A stretch of DNA of 32,000 nt from Telmatocola sphagniphila (GCF_018398935.1 NZ_CP074694.1:5850001-5882000), one strand, 5' to 3'; counted from the stretch's first letter, positions 1 to 9,069 are shown. The notes: generated from the sequence alone by a model not told the origin. Program-made: numbers and translations.

Positions 1-2
1 TT

Positions 3-905
3 CCAGAAGCCTTTTCGAGTTTCGGGGCCGCGGTTTGCGATGGTTATGCTTATACATACGGCGGCCACCTAGACAAAACTCATCACTATGCGACTGAAAC
101 CACTTCCGGAAAATTACGCCGGTTATCTCTTACTGAACCTGCCAAGGGTTGGGAAGACATTAGCAGCGGCCCGAATCTTCAAGGTCTTGCTCTAGTAGCC
201 CAGGGCGGCAAGCTCTATCGCCTGGGTGGTATGCGGCCGCGCAACATGGAAGGTGAGAAGGCCGACAATGTTTCTGTCGCTGCCTGCGCCCGCTTCGATC
301 CCAAAACCAAAATCTGGGAGGCTTTGCCCTCATTTCCGGAACCTCGTTCTTCCTTCGATGCGGCGGTCGCCGGGAACACAATCGTCGTTGTCGGCGGTTG
401 GAAAATGAACGGGCGCGACAGCAAATCCGATTGGTGCGAAACGGCCCTGCTTCTCGATTTGGATAAGTCACCGTTGAAGTGGGAAGCTGTAACGCAGCCT
501 TTCAAACGACGTGCGCTAAACATCACGGCCGTCGGTTCCAAAGTTTACGTTGTCTGCGGTATGAACGAAGAGAATGAGATTGAAAAGGCAGTGGATATTT
601 TCGAAGTGAAGTCGAGAGCGTGGAGTGAAGGCCCCCCTGTACCGGGACCTATGCTGAATGGGTTTGCTCCCGCCGTCTGTACCTGTAATAATCGCGTTTA
701 CGTCAGCCCCGCCGATGGCAAAATCTATCGATTGACTGAAAAGCAAGACGGTTGGGAAGAAGTCGGTTCGCTCAAAGTATCTCGCTATGTGCATCGAATT
801 GTTCCTGCCTCAGAGAACCTGCTTTTGGTGTTGGGTGGGGCATCGAAGGCCAGCAATATTGCTCTGACTGAAGTGATTGAGCCGGCTTGTTGTGCACCCA
901 ACTAG
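3..905 (+). CDS. Kelch-repeat (beta-propeller) protein, 5' end outside the window
   Basis: Frame 3 is open from base 3 to TAG at 903-905, with no stop before the ORF-track Met at 231. Kelch-like blade signatures recur: YTYGGH, GGKLYRLGG, NTIVVVGGW, SKVYVVCGM, NNRVYVSPADGKIY, LLLVLGG. Confidence 0.75.
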   Translation, partial: PEAFSSFGAAVCDGYAYTYGGHLDKTHHYATETTSGKLRRLSLTEPAKGWEDISSGPNLQGLALVAQGGKLYRLGGMRPRNMEGEKADNVSVAACARFDPKTKIWEALPSFPEPRSSFDAAVAGNTIVVVGGWKMNGRDSKSDWCETALLLDLDKSPLKWEAVTQPFKRRALNITAVGSKVYVVCGMNEENEIEKAVDIFEVKSRAWSEGPPVPGPMLNGFAPAVCTCNNRVYVSPADGKIYRLTEKQDGWEEVGSLKVSRYVHRIVPASENLLLVLGGASKASNIALTEVIEPACCAPN

Positions 906-952
906 AAAATTGCTTCGTCCCGACGATTAAACTTCAATGAGAGGCATTCCGA

Positions 953-1381
953 ATGATCGGATCGCTGAGTCATTTGACAAATCGGTGCGAGGCAGTGCTC
1001 CTTACCGGCGGTTCTGACGGATCTCCTTTAACTCGCAAGATTAAAGGCAAAGCATTCTTTGAAAGCAAACGTGAATGCGGTGACGTGGGCACATTTCCGA
1101 AGTCGAGAGGCGATCAAATGAAGTGGCCTTCGAATGAGATCGTCGAGGACAACGGAACTCTTGAGTGGAAAACTTTTGCCGTAAATGATTGTGTCTCTGT
1201 AGGCGACCTCCAAATAGCAATCTGTTGGGATTCGAAGCAGACAAAGGGTAAAGGAAACGACCATAGCCAACCGGGAAAATCTCTCCTCAACCCGCGCTAT
1301 TACAAAACAGAAATATCTGGCCTCACGGCGACGATTACCAAAACATCTACCGCGCTCGAGCAGTTCGAGTGGGAGAAATAA
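953..1381 (+). CDS. hypothetical small protein, possibly a degenerate carboxypeptidase-regulatory-like partner of the DUF1559 gene
   Basis: 142-aa ORF with ATG at 953. It lies 47 bp after the Kelch stop and 49 bp before the DUF1559 start, on the same strand. The C-terminal [23 protein letters not shown] resembles the tail motif of small lipoproteins usually found beside DUF1559 genes. No convincing signal peptide or lipobox (LLTGGS where L-x-G-C would be expected). Confidence 0.35.
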   Translation: MIGSLSHLTNRCEAVLLTGGSDGSPLTRKIKGKAFFESKRECGDVGTFPKSRGDQMKWPSNEIVEDNGTLEWKTFAVNDCVSVGDLQIAICWDSKQTKGKGNDHSQPGKSLLNPRYYKTEISGLTATITKTSTALEQFEWEK

Positions 1382-1430
1382 AGTCACCCGAAATTGTTAT
1401 TTTTTCTTATCTCATAGAGGAGAGATTTTG

Positions 1431-2495
1431 ATGTCTTCGATTCGGAATTCGATGCGGACTCGCCGAGCTTTCACGCTCATCGAGCTCTTGGTGGTCATCG
1501 CGATCATCGCCATCCTGATCGGTCTGTTACTGCCTGCCGTGCAGAAGGTCCGAGAGGCGGCGGCTCGTATGAGCTGTCAGAACAATCTCAAGCAATTGGG
1601 TTTGGCTTGCGTCAACTACGAAAGCGCTTACGGCAATTTGCCATGTGGCTTTCTGGGGAAAGACCAGGTCTGTGCAGCTGCCGGTACTTTAGGCGTCCAT
1701 AAAACCGCTTGGTCAGCAGCGATTCTGCCCTTCATTGAACAATCACCATTGGCCGGTATCTACAACTATAACTACGATTATGACGCCCAGCCGAACGCGA
1801 CGGCCATTTCAACTCAGTTAAAAGTGTTCAATTGCCCCTCGACACCTTCCGGGCAGCGCTGGGATACCAGTGTCAGCGATGACGCGGCATCGACCGGATG
1901 GGGAACTCAAGGTCGCGCTGCTACAGATTATTCCGGGATCAATGCAGTTAAGGCATACCTATACGCCTACTGCTATCCAAATTCGGGGGTGACGACAGCG
2001 ACGAGCAAAGACTCCTCTCAGATTATTGGCGTCATGACTCGTGACTCCCACGGTGGTGGGGTTAACAATGCGGGTACCACATTCGCGATGATCACGGATG
2101 GTACCTCCAATACGATCATGATCGGTGAAGATGCCGGTCGGATATCTTGGTATGGTGTGGGAGGTCAATTGATTGCCGCTTCCGGCACTTCGGTCAACAA
2201 AGAAGGCGGCTGGGCCGACCCCAACGGAGCGTTCAGCATCGATGGATCGTTGCCGAACTGCACGGCGGCTTTTGTAGCGGGAGCGACCAAGGATGTTTGT
2301 GTAACATCCAGTGGAGCAAATAATATTTGCCCCATGAATTGCACGAATGACAGTGAACTGTACGCATTCCATACGAGTGGAGCTAACGTGGTATTTTCCG
2401 ATGGACACGTTCAGTTTCTGAAAAGTTCGATTAGTACCACGACTTTGGCTGCACTGGTAACTCGTTCGGGCGGCGAGATTCTGGGCGATTTTTAA
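1431..2495 (+). CDS. DUF1559 domain protein with type II secretion/prepilin-type N-terminal cleavage-methylation domain
   Basis: ATG at 1431 (the track start at 1428 is TTG), preceded by agaggagag. The N-terminus [49 protein letters not shown] is the canonical planctomycetal DUF1559/pseudopilin signature. The C-terminal [17 protein letters not shown] motif is typical of the family. Confidence 0.9.
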   Translation: MSSIRNSMRTRRAFTLIELLVVIAIIAILIGLLLPAVQKVREAAARMSCQNNLKQLGLACVNYESAYGNLPCGFLGKDQVCAAAGTLGVHKTAWSAAILPFIEQSPLAGIYNYNYDYDAQPNATAISTQLKVFNCPSTPSGQRWDTSVSDDAASTGWGTQGRAATDYSGINAVKAYLYAYCYPNSGVTTATSKDSSQIIGVMTRDSHGGGVNNAGTTFAMITDGTSNTIMIGEDAGRISWYGVGGQLIAASGTSVNKEGGWADPNGAFSIDGSLPNCTAAFVAGATKDVCVTSSGANNICPMNCTNDSELYAFHTSGANVVFSDGHVQFLKSSISTTTLAALVTRSGGEILGDF

Positions 2496-2519
2496 TCGAT
2501 TAATATTAAAAAGTTTTTT

Positions 2520-2550
2520 CAGCATCTCCCCTCGGGAGCTGCTGTTGTTT
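2520..2550 (+). terminator. intrinsic terminator candidate downstream of the DUF1559 gene
   Basis: cagcatctccc-ctc-gggagctgctg forms an 11-bp stem with one mismatch and a 3-nt loop. It is followed by ttgttt and lies 25 nt after the stop codon. Confidence 0.55.
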
Positions 2551-2663
2551 AATCGCTCGAATTGCGAAACACTTCTTTAAGATAAATGAGCTGTCTTTCG
2601 GCTCAGGCGGGTTCGACTCTAATACATGTTTGGGAAGAGTTTAGGCTCGCAAAGTTAGCACTC

Positions 2664-2694
2664 GACGGAGAACGCTCATACTGCATTCTCCGTC
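2664..2694 (-). terminator. hairpin downstream of the minus-strand repeat-protein gene (possible terminator)
   Basis: Perfect 9-bp inverted repeat gacggagaa / ttctccgtc with a 13-nt loop, 30 nt beyond the stop at 2725. No U-tract follows on the minus strand. Confidence 0.35.
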
Positions 2695-2724
2695 TTGCGA
2701 TTATTTATCCTCTAATCCCGGCAA

Positions 2725-4194
2725 TCAAGTTAGGGTCACCGTTACCGTAGCGGGCTTCGATATCAGACCGGCGGCATCTTTCACCGTGTAGGTAAACGTG
2801 TCTGTGGTCGCCGTGGTGCCGGCCGTGCTTGCATAAGTCACCGTTCCGTCGCTATTGGCGGTGGCGGTGCCATACGTCGGCGCTTGAACGATCGTTACGC
2901 TACTGGCCGTGAGGCTGCCTTGTGGGTCAGTGTCGTTAGCCAATACATTAATATTAACGCTGGATCCTACGGCCACGGTAGCGGTATCCGCATTGGCGAC
3001 CGGCGGTTGATTCACCGTAATGGAGACGGTTCCAGGACTGGAAACCTTGCCGTCTTTATCCTTAAAGGTGTACTGGAAACTATCCGAAGTGCTGGAAGTA
3101 CCATCATTCGTATAGTTGACAGATCCATCAGTGTTGATCTTCACCGTTCCATGGCTGGGTTGCGTGCTGATAGCCAGGGAGCTCAAATCCAGTGTACCGC
3201 CCGTGTCGGTCGTGTTACCACTGAGGTTGATGGAAACCGTTCCGCCTTCGTTAACCGTGGCCGTCACAGCTCCGGCCGTGGGAACGGGTTGAACTGCAAT
3301 GTTAACGGTGACCGTAGCGGGGCTACTGACGTTGCCAAACGAATCGGCTACCGTGTAGGTGAAAGTGTCCGTCGTTGCAGTGGCAGAATTATTGTTGGTG
3401 TAAGTTATCGTTCCATCGCTGTTCACTTTCACCGTACCGCTCGTCGGCTGCGTCGCGATTGTAACGGTCTTGGGATCTAGATAGCCCACGACCGCTTGAT
3501 CGTTGGCCAGTACGTTGAGTGTGGTACTTTCCCCACCAGTTACAGATCCAGTCGTATTCCCGACGATGGGCGCATCGTTAGTGATGAGATTCGAGTACCC
3601 GCTGTTGCCCGAGCTGATGCCAAAGGTGTCGTTGGTCAGAGATAAATTCCCATTCTGCCCAGTGGTCTGAACAGTACTGTTGGCTCCGAAAGTCGAACTG
3701 ACGACCGCGACATTATCTTCACCACTGCCGCTAAAGAGTTTTAATTTATTTCTGGCCATGCTGGAGATGATCTGAATAGTATCATTGCCGGACCCGATGG
3801 TGCCGACATCAAAATCGTCCATGGCATAGACGTTGGCCAGGCCGATGGTGTTGTTGCCGTTCCCCGCCGTGATTGCGAAATCCGTAAAGCTCACCACTCC
3901 ACTGGCTTCGACGTTGTTATTCCCATTGCCCAATCGGATATAAACACCCGCGGTTATGTCGGTAATAATCAATGGTCCTTGCTGCCCATTGATAGTCGTG
4001 GAGCCATCCGTTGAACTGATTTTGACTGCATGCTGACCGATGGCAAGCAGGCTGAACGAATCGTTTGAATTGTCGCCTACGATGTCTAAACTGCCTTTGA
4101 GTAGCAAAGCGTTGACGTTGCCGCTGAGGACGAGTCGATTTTCCAGATCTTCCAGGGAAGGTATAAATCGGCTTTCCGAACGCTGCTTTTTCAT
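2725..4194 (-). CDS. secreted repeat protein with three tandem cadherin-like/bacterial Ig-like domains (putative adhesin)
   Basis: 489 aa, ATG at 4194-4192. The N-terminal SLEDLENRLVLS motif is common in planctomycetal secreted proteins. A Gly/Asn-rich region follows. Three ~95-aa repeats each end in a DTFTYTV.D..G..S.PATVTV-type motif (TDTFTYTVADSFGNVSSPATVTVNI, SDSFQYTFKDKDGKVSSPGTVSITV, TDTFTYTVKDAAGLISKPATVTVTL). Confidence 0.8.
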   Translation of the reverse strand: MKKQRSESRFIPSLEDLENRLVLSGNVNALLLKGSLDIVGDNSNDSFSLLAIGQHAVKISSTDGSTTINGQQGPLIITDITAGVYIRLGNGNNNVEASGVVSFTDFAITAGNGNNTIGLANVYAMDDFDVGTIGSGNDTIQIISSMARNKLKLFSGSGEDNVAVVSSTFGANSTVQTTGQNGNLSLTNDTFGISSGNSGYSNLITNDAPIVGNTTGSVTGGESTTLNVLANDQAVVGYLDPKTVTIATQPTSGTVKVNSDGTITYTNNNSATATTDTFTYTVADSFGNVSSPATVTVNIAVQPVPTAGAVTATVNEGGTVSINLSGNTTDTGGTLDLSSLAISTQPSHGTVKINTDGSVNYTNDGTSSTSDSFQYTFKDKDGKVSSPGTVSITVNQPPVANADTATVAVGSSVNINVLANDTDPQGSLTASSVTIVQAPTYGTATANSDGTVTYASTAGTTATTDTFTYTVKDAAGLISKPATVTVTLT

Positions 4195-4346
4195 AACGAT
4201 AAACTCACACTTAACTTTGAAAGGAAAATGATTTGGGCTCGCACCCGGTCAGATTCACAATCCCTTTATCGAGTAGTGAGGGGGAGTAAAACGATTAGAA
4301 ACTCTTTCTTTAGAGATTATTTTCAATTGCTGGATGGCGCAAGAAA

Positions 4347-4383
4347 TCGGGTTTTTTTCGTCTGCTCACTCGAGAAAAACCGA
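4347..4383 (-). terminator. hairpin plus U-run downstream of queA (terminator candidate)
   Basis: On the minus strand tcggtttttctcg-(10 nt)-cgaaaaaaacccga forms about 13 bp with one bulge. It is followed by tttctt and lies about 115 nt after the queA stop. Confidence 0.4.
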
Positions 4384-4499
4384 GTTAAAGTGGAATTGAT
4401 GATAATGACTCAAGACTAGCTCCGGGAGTCTATCGGCTAGAGGCAAATCACCCGAAGAATGAACTGCGATTTACGTAATCGCTGCTCTGTCAAAAACAG

Positions 4500-5501
4500 T
4501 CAACTGACGAACATCGCATCCCCATAACTGTAGAAGCGGTATCGTTCGGCGATCGCCGTTTCGTATGCTCGCTTCAGATTCTCCTCCCCCGCCAGCGCCG
4601 CGACAAGCAGTAGCAGAGTCGTCTTTGGCAGATGAAAATTCGTGATCAATGCATCGACTACGCGAAACGAATAGGGTGGGTGAATGAAAATCTGGGTTTC
4701 CCCAGTCCATTCTGAGTATCCCGCCGATTCGAGAGCCCGGCAACTCGTCGTTCCCACCGCAATCACTCGACCGCCGCGAGCTTTGGCTTGCCGAATTTTT
4801 TCAATCGTCGCTTTCGAGACGGCGGCCCATTCGGCATGCATCGCATGTTGGGTCGGATCTTCCGTCCGGACCGGCTCGAAGGTACCGAGGCCCACATGCA
4901 GTGTCACGGTGGCCGACTCGATTCCTTTCTGCTTCAGCCGGGATAGTAACTCTGGTGTGAAATGGAGGCCGGCCGTTGGTGCGGCTACCGAGCCCGGCTG
5001 AGAGTTGAAAACGGTTTGATAGCGATCCCGATCTTCACTTTGGGCTACTCCTTTTCGGATGTAAGGAGGCAACGGCATCGAACCGAATCTCTCCAGCAAA
5101 TCCACAAAGGAACCTTCTGAAGCGGGCTCAAAGAGGGAGTGATCTCCAACGCGGCCCCGGTAAATCAATCGGAAGTCCCGCACCTGGAGAATCTCACCCA
5201 CTTGTGGGTTGCCGCCGCACTTGGCAAGAGTTTCCCAAAAACCTTCGGCCGTGGTTTTGAGAAACAGCGCTTCCCACTTACCGCCGGTTTTTTCGCGGGT
5301 GCCCAGCAGTCGAGCCGGCAGCACACGGGAATCGTTCACGATCAGCAGATCGTTCGGCGCTAACAGTTCGGGAAGATCGCGAAAGAGGTGGTGAGAAATG
5401 TTCCCGCGGCGGACATCCAGTCGCAGCAGGCGGGAAGAATCGCGGGGCTCAGCGGGTTGCTGGGCAATCAACTCCTCAGGTAGTTCATAATCCCAAAACA
5501 T
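4500..5501 (-). CDS. queA: S-adenosylmethionine:tRNA ribosyltransferase-isomerase
   Basis: MFWDYELPEELIAQQPAEPRDSSRLLRL at the N-terminus, then VNDSRVLPARL, PLPPYI, GSVAAPTAGLHFT, VTLHVGLGTFEPV and AVGTTSCRALES are all QueA hallmarks. I start at the internal ATG 5501-5499, 8 bp after the upstream gene's stop, rather than the 27-codon-longer ORF-track start. Confidence 0.92.
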   Translation of the reverse strand: MFWDYELPEELIAQQPAEPRDSSRLLRLDVRRGNISHHLFRDLPELLAPNDLLIVNDSRVLPARLLGTREKTGGKWEALFLKTTAEGFWETLAKCGGNPQVGEILQVRDFRLIYRGRVGDHSLFEPASEGSFVDLLERFGSMPLPPYIRKGVAQSEDRDRYQTVFNSQPGSVAAPTAGLHFTPELLSRLKQKGIESATVTLHVGLGTFEPVRTEDPTQHAMHAEWAAVSKATIEKIRQAKARGGRVIAVGTTSCRALESAGYSEWTGETQIFIHPPYSFRVVDALITNFHLPKTTLLLLVAALAGEENLKRAYETAIAERYRFYSYGDAMFVS

Positions 5502-5509
5502 GTATCGGC

Positions 5510-7048
5510 TTAAATTCCCAGACTGTTGCGGATCCACTGTTTGCGCACGGCTTCGGGCTGTTTCTTCCCCAGTTCGATCCATAGCCGGGAAGCTTTTTGC
5601 AGCCCCGCATCGACCTGGGTTTTACCCGAGACGATTTCTTGTAGCGCCTCGGCCAGGATCGCGGTTTGCTCCCGAACATCCGGGGTCCGCGGGCTCAGTC
5701 GGTAGTTAATAATACTCGAGGTATTTTCGAAACGCAGTGCCGTAAGCAGATGCTCGGTCTGTTTTTTGTCAAATCCGTAGCCGAGAAAGCGCGTCTGGTT
5801 ACGCGTTTCCTCATGGGAACGCCGATAGGGGCCAACTCCCCATTTGGCCGCAGCCAGGAGTTCCAGGCTGGTTTTCGTCGGATTCCCGAAATCCGCGAAG
5901 AAATCAAAAGCCGCGGCGGGATTTTTCGTATCAGCACCCACGCCGCCGAACCAGGCTCCCCAGCCGATAAAGGGCATGCGGTTGATGGCACCACTTTTGT
6001 CGATCACTTTTTGGCCGCTGTTATAATCGTAGGTGAAGGCGGCTCCGGGAAGTGGAGCTAATTCCAACCCTTCCTGCGGTTTCAAGCGAGCCAGTTCATC
6101 GAGTTTCAAAATGGCGAACAGGGCGGAGCCACTTTTGATGGCTTCCACGGGATCGCCTGTTCCGCTCGGTCGGCATTTCTGCATGCGAGCCAGTAATTCC
6201 GCGGCGTACTGGAAAGCCGGGGAGGCCAGACGAGGGGCATAAGTTTTCAAATCGTAAAGAAATGAAAACAGTTCATCGTTCGCTTGAGTGGAAAGTATTT
6301 TCTGCCCCACATCGCTATTGATGAGTGTTTTGCGTTCGTAGCAGCTGGCTATGATCAGGAAGATTCTCTGAATATCTTCCGCGCGGGTGGGAAAGGCGGT
6401 CAGGGTCGGCGCCTCGGGTGTATTCCAGAACTCGGCCCAGTTGGTGAGCTCATCCCACGTTTCGGGAGCACGCGGCTCGGTTTTGAATTTTTCGCGAAAA
6501 GCCTGGAGTTTTTTGGGATCTTTGAACTTGTCGGAACGCCAGACCAGAACTTCCCCTTCCCCCAACAGTGGAATGCCAAACGGTTGGCCATTCCAGAGGG
6601 CCAATCGCTGAGAGTAGGGGGACATCAAATCATTCCAGTCATAGGTAGAACCGACGCCACGAAATTCCGGAGTGACTTTTGCAAGTTTGCCTGCCTCGAC
6701 GAGTCGAGGCAGATCGAAGGCCGGGTAGAAGTAAAGATCGGCGGGAAGATTGACGTCCGAACTGAGGCGAATCGAAGCGCCACTCTTCAATGACCAGGAT
6801 TTAATACGCTGTTCGATGAGATCGGAATGAGGGTAATCGGGCGAAACGAAGAGAGTCAGCTTCACATCCGCAAACTCCAGCGGAGGAATTTTGTCGAGTG
6901 AGCTGGGCCGTTCGGTACAGCCAACGAGCAGGAAAAAACCGAAAAGCGGGAGAATTCGCGCCAGACCACAAGCAGAGAAATTCCCATTTTCGCCATGGAA
7001 AAGGCGACAAGTTCTATGCCAGGAGCGTAAAAAGGAAAAAAAAATCAT
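5510..7048 (-). CDS. extracellular solute-binding-protein-like lipoprotein (ABC-type SBP family 1-like), start uncertain
   Basis: Long ORF (the track start at 7090 is TTG; the first ATG is 7048-7046). The hydrophobic segment ILPLFGFFLLVGC ends in a lipobox-like LVGC. Size and segments such as WNGQPFGIPLLGEGEVLVWRSDKF and IGWGAWFGGVGA resemble sugar/solute-binding proteins. No permease or ATPase partner is adjacent. Confidence 0.6.
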   Translation of the reverse strand: MIFFSFLRSWHRTCRLFHGENGNFSACGLARILPLFGFFLLVGCTERPSSLDKIPPLEFADVKLTLFVSPDYPHSDLIEQRIKSWSLKSGASIRLSSDVNLPADLYFYPAFDLPRLVEAGKLAKVTPEFRGVGSTYDWNDLMSPYSQRLALWNGQPFGIPLLGEGEVLVWRSDKFKDPKKLQAFREKFKTEPRAPETWDELTNWAEFWNTPEAPTLTAFPTRAEDIQRIFLIIASCYERKTLINSDVGQKILSTQANDELFSFLYDLKTYAPRLASPAFQYAAELLARMQKCRPSGTGDPVEAIKSGSALFAILKLDELARLKPQEGLELAPLPGAAFTYDYNSGQKVIDKSGAINRMPFIGWGAWFGGVGADTKNPAAAFDFFADFGNPTKTSLELLAAAKWGVGPYRRSHEETRNQTRFLGYGFDKKQTEHLLTALRFENTSSIINYRLSPRTPDVREQTAILAEALQEIVSGKTQVDAGLQKASRLWIELGKKQPEAVRKQWIRNSLGI

Positions 7049-7365
7049 TTTGGCCTTGCTTTCATTGACTCGGCGCGCGAATGTATGCAAACAATATATT
7101 TAACTGGGACGGTTTGCTGCCAGTTACTATACGGGCCATTGCTATCTGGTTGTTCGGCTTACTCGCAGTTGAACAAAATAGCTGTAAATTAGGCAGTATT
7201 TGGACGGATGTGTTACCATATATACAGGTAACCCTATCCGGAATACTTGTTTATTCGGTATTTTGGATAATTTTGGAAACCCGGATCAATGCAGTACATC
7301 GAAATCATTGATTTCGCGTCTCTACAGCGAACCGCACTCGCCATTTCTCCTCGAGGTCGAACCAA

Positions 7366-7968
7366 ATGAAGCTTAGTCTGGTAGTGGCGGCAGGCGTTCA
7401 TACCGGGAAGGTTATTCCCGTTAGCGTGACGGAATTCAAAATCGGTCGCGATCCCGACTGCCAACTGCGGCCTGCGAGCCCTTCTATAAGCAAAAAGCAT
7501 TGTGCCATCGTGACGAAAGAAGAAAAAGTGTTCGTCATCGATTTCGGCAGCACGAACGGCACCTTTGTAAATAACGAACAAGTAGCCGGTGAACGCGAAC
7601 TCCGCAACGACGATTACTTCAAAGCCGGTCCGCTTGAATTCAAAATTAAAATCGAGGGTGTGGTGCAGGCAAAACCGGCACCTCAGCCGGTCGCCGTTGC
7701 GGCTAATGACGCCTCGACAGTTACCTCTCACGATGATGCCGACGCCATGGCCATGCTTATGCTCACTGATGGCGAAGATCCGTCTCCTTCAAGCTCGGGC
7801 AACTCCCCCACGGCTGAAGCCAGCATACCCGATGGCACGACCATCATGGATGTACCGGCTGTACCCGGAGAGAAGAAAGACGACAAGAAGAGTAAAGGCT
7901 TCAATGCCGACACAGCAGGTGCCGCGGCTTCCATTCTCTCCAAGTATATGCGACGACCCCGAACGTAA
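7366..7968 (+). CDS. FHA domain-containing protein
   Basis: The N-terminal ~100 aa read GKVIPVSVTEFKIGRDPDCQLRPASPSISKKHCAIV..VFVIDFGSTNGTFVNNEQV, carrying the FHA G-R..S-x-x-H..NGT signature. The C-terminal half is low-complexity and probably disordered. Confidence 0.85.
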   Translation: MKLSLVVAAGVHTGKVIPVSVTEFKIGRDPDCQLRPASPSISKKHCAIVTKEEKVFVIDFGSTNGTFVNNEQVAGERELRNDDYFKAGPLEFKIKIEGVVQAKPAPQPVAVAANDASTVTSHDDADAMAMLMLTDGEDPSPSSSGNSPTAEASIPDGTTIMDVPAVPGEKKDDKKSKGFNADTAGAAASILSKYMRRPRT

Positions 7969-8004
7969 TTCCCTTTCGCCCTCGCCTTTTTTGCTTTCAA
8001 TTTT

Positions 8005-9069
8005 GTGTCTAATTTCCAACGCAAGTTATTAAAATGGTTTGATTCTCACGCCCGTGAGCTTCCTTGGCGAATTAATCGCGACCCTTATCGCATCTGGCTG
8101 AGCGAAGTGATGCTCCAGCAGACGACCGTGGCCGCCGTGATCGGCTATTTCGATCGCTTCGTGACAAAATTCCCAACATTGGTTTCCCTGGCGGCAGCGG
8201 AAGAAGCCGACGTCCTGTTGCTCTGGCAGGGTTTAGGGTACTACTCCCGGGCGCGCAACCTGCATCGGGCCGCCAAAATCCTCGTAAATGAGCACAACGG
8301 CAAATTCCCTGAAGATCCCGAAATCTTTTCGAAGCTGCCCGGCATTGGTCGCTATATGTTGGGGGCCATTCTCTCACAGGCTTTCGAACAGCGATTACCC
8401 ATCGTCGAAGCCAATACCCGTCGAGTTTACGTGCGTCTGCTTTCCCGATTCGATCTCGATTTGGATAGCCGGGAAGGGCAGGTCTGGCTCTGGCAGACGG
8501 CCACCGATTTACTTCCCAGAAAGAGAATTGGCGATTTCAATCAGGCATTAATGGAACTGGGCGCAACCCTTTGTCGGCCGCAACCGCTGTGCGAGGAGTG
8601 CCCGGTTTCGAAGGAGTGCCTCGCTTACCAGAGTGGCCTCCAGGACCAATTGCCACTCAGCAGGAAGAAGAAAGAATTCGAGCAAGTTCAGACGGTAACG
8701 CTAGTGATTGAGGATCAAGGTAAGTTTCTGTTGCGACAGATCGGACCTGGGGGAAGATGGGCTCGGCTCTGGGAATTTCCGCAACGAACTATTGAGCCCG
8801 AGGAGACGGAAGCGGAAGCCTGTCGGAAGCTACTAGAGGAGCTGGGTATACGAGCCCAGATCGGTAAGGAGATCACCCAGATCCGCTATGGCGTTACCCG
8901 ATTCAAAATTCAGATGACAGCTCTTGAAGCGGAGTTGACGGGACGTGCGATCGCGCGGGAGGATTTTCGTTGGCTCCTACCGGGCGAATGGGCCGATCAT
9001 CCGCTGAGCACGCCGATGAGGAAGCTGGCCGAGATTCTCCGTAATCCCAGACAACTACGACTTTTCTGA
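8005..9069 (+). CDS. mutY: A/G-specific adenine DNA glycosylase
   Basis: GTG start at 8005. LLKWFDSHARELPWR..DPYRIWLSEVMLQQTTV, the HhH-GPD element LPGIGRYMLGAILSQAF, a four-Cys Fe-S loop and a C-terminal NUDIX-like domain are present. Length 354 aa. Confidence 0.9.
   Translation: MSNFQRKLLKWFDSHARELPWRINRDPYRIWLSEVMLQQTTVAAVIGYFDRFVTKFPTLVSLAAAEEADVLLLWQGLGYYSRARNLHRAAKILVNEHNGKFPEDPEIFSKLPGIGRYMLGAILSQAFEQRLPIVEANTRRVYVRLLSRFDLDLDSREGQVWLWQTATDLLPRKRIGDFNQALMELGATLCRPQPLCEECPVSKECLAYQSGLQDQLPLSRKKKEFEQVQTVTLVIEDQGKFLLRQIGPGGRWARLWEFPQRTIEPEETEAEACRKLLEELGIRAQIGKEITQIRYGVTRFKIQMTALEAELTGRAIAREDFRWLLPGEWADHPLSTPMRKLAEILRNPRQLRLF

Noticed and set aside
1028-1387. Minus-strand 119-aa ORF opposite ORF 953-1381.
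   Set aside because: It has no motif and would be antisense within a co-directional plus-strand unit. The plus-strand frame at least carries a family-like C-terminal motif.
2600-2625. tRNA T-loop-like strings: ggttcgactc near 2610 and gattcgaacc near 29750.
   Set aside because: The flanking bases cannot form a T-stem or the rest of a cloverleaf. The second string is inside the EmrA-like coding frame.
4228-4419. Small intergenic ORFs: 4228-4419, 9908-10183, 26365-26637, 31009-31215 and 31607-31813.
   Set aside because: They have no motifs, no ribosome-binding context and odd composition, and they sit in promoter or terminator regions.
5502-5582. The longer queA start at 5582.
   Set aside because: The extension overlaps the upstream gene, is not part of the QueA family N-terminus (which begins MF.DYELPEELIAQ), and the ATG at 5501 sits 8 bp after the upstream stop.
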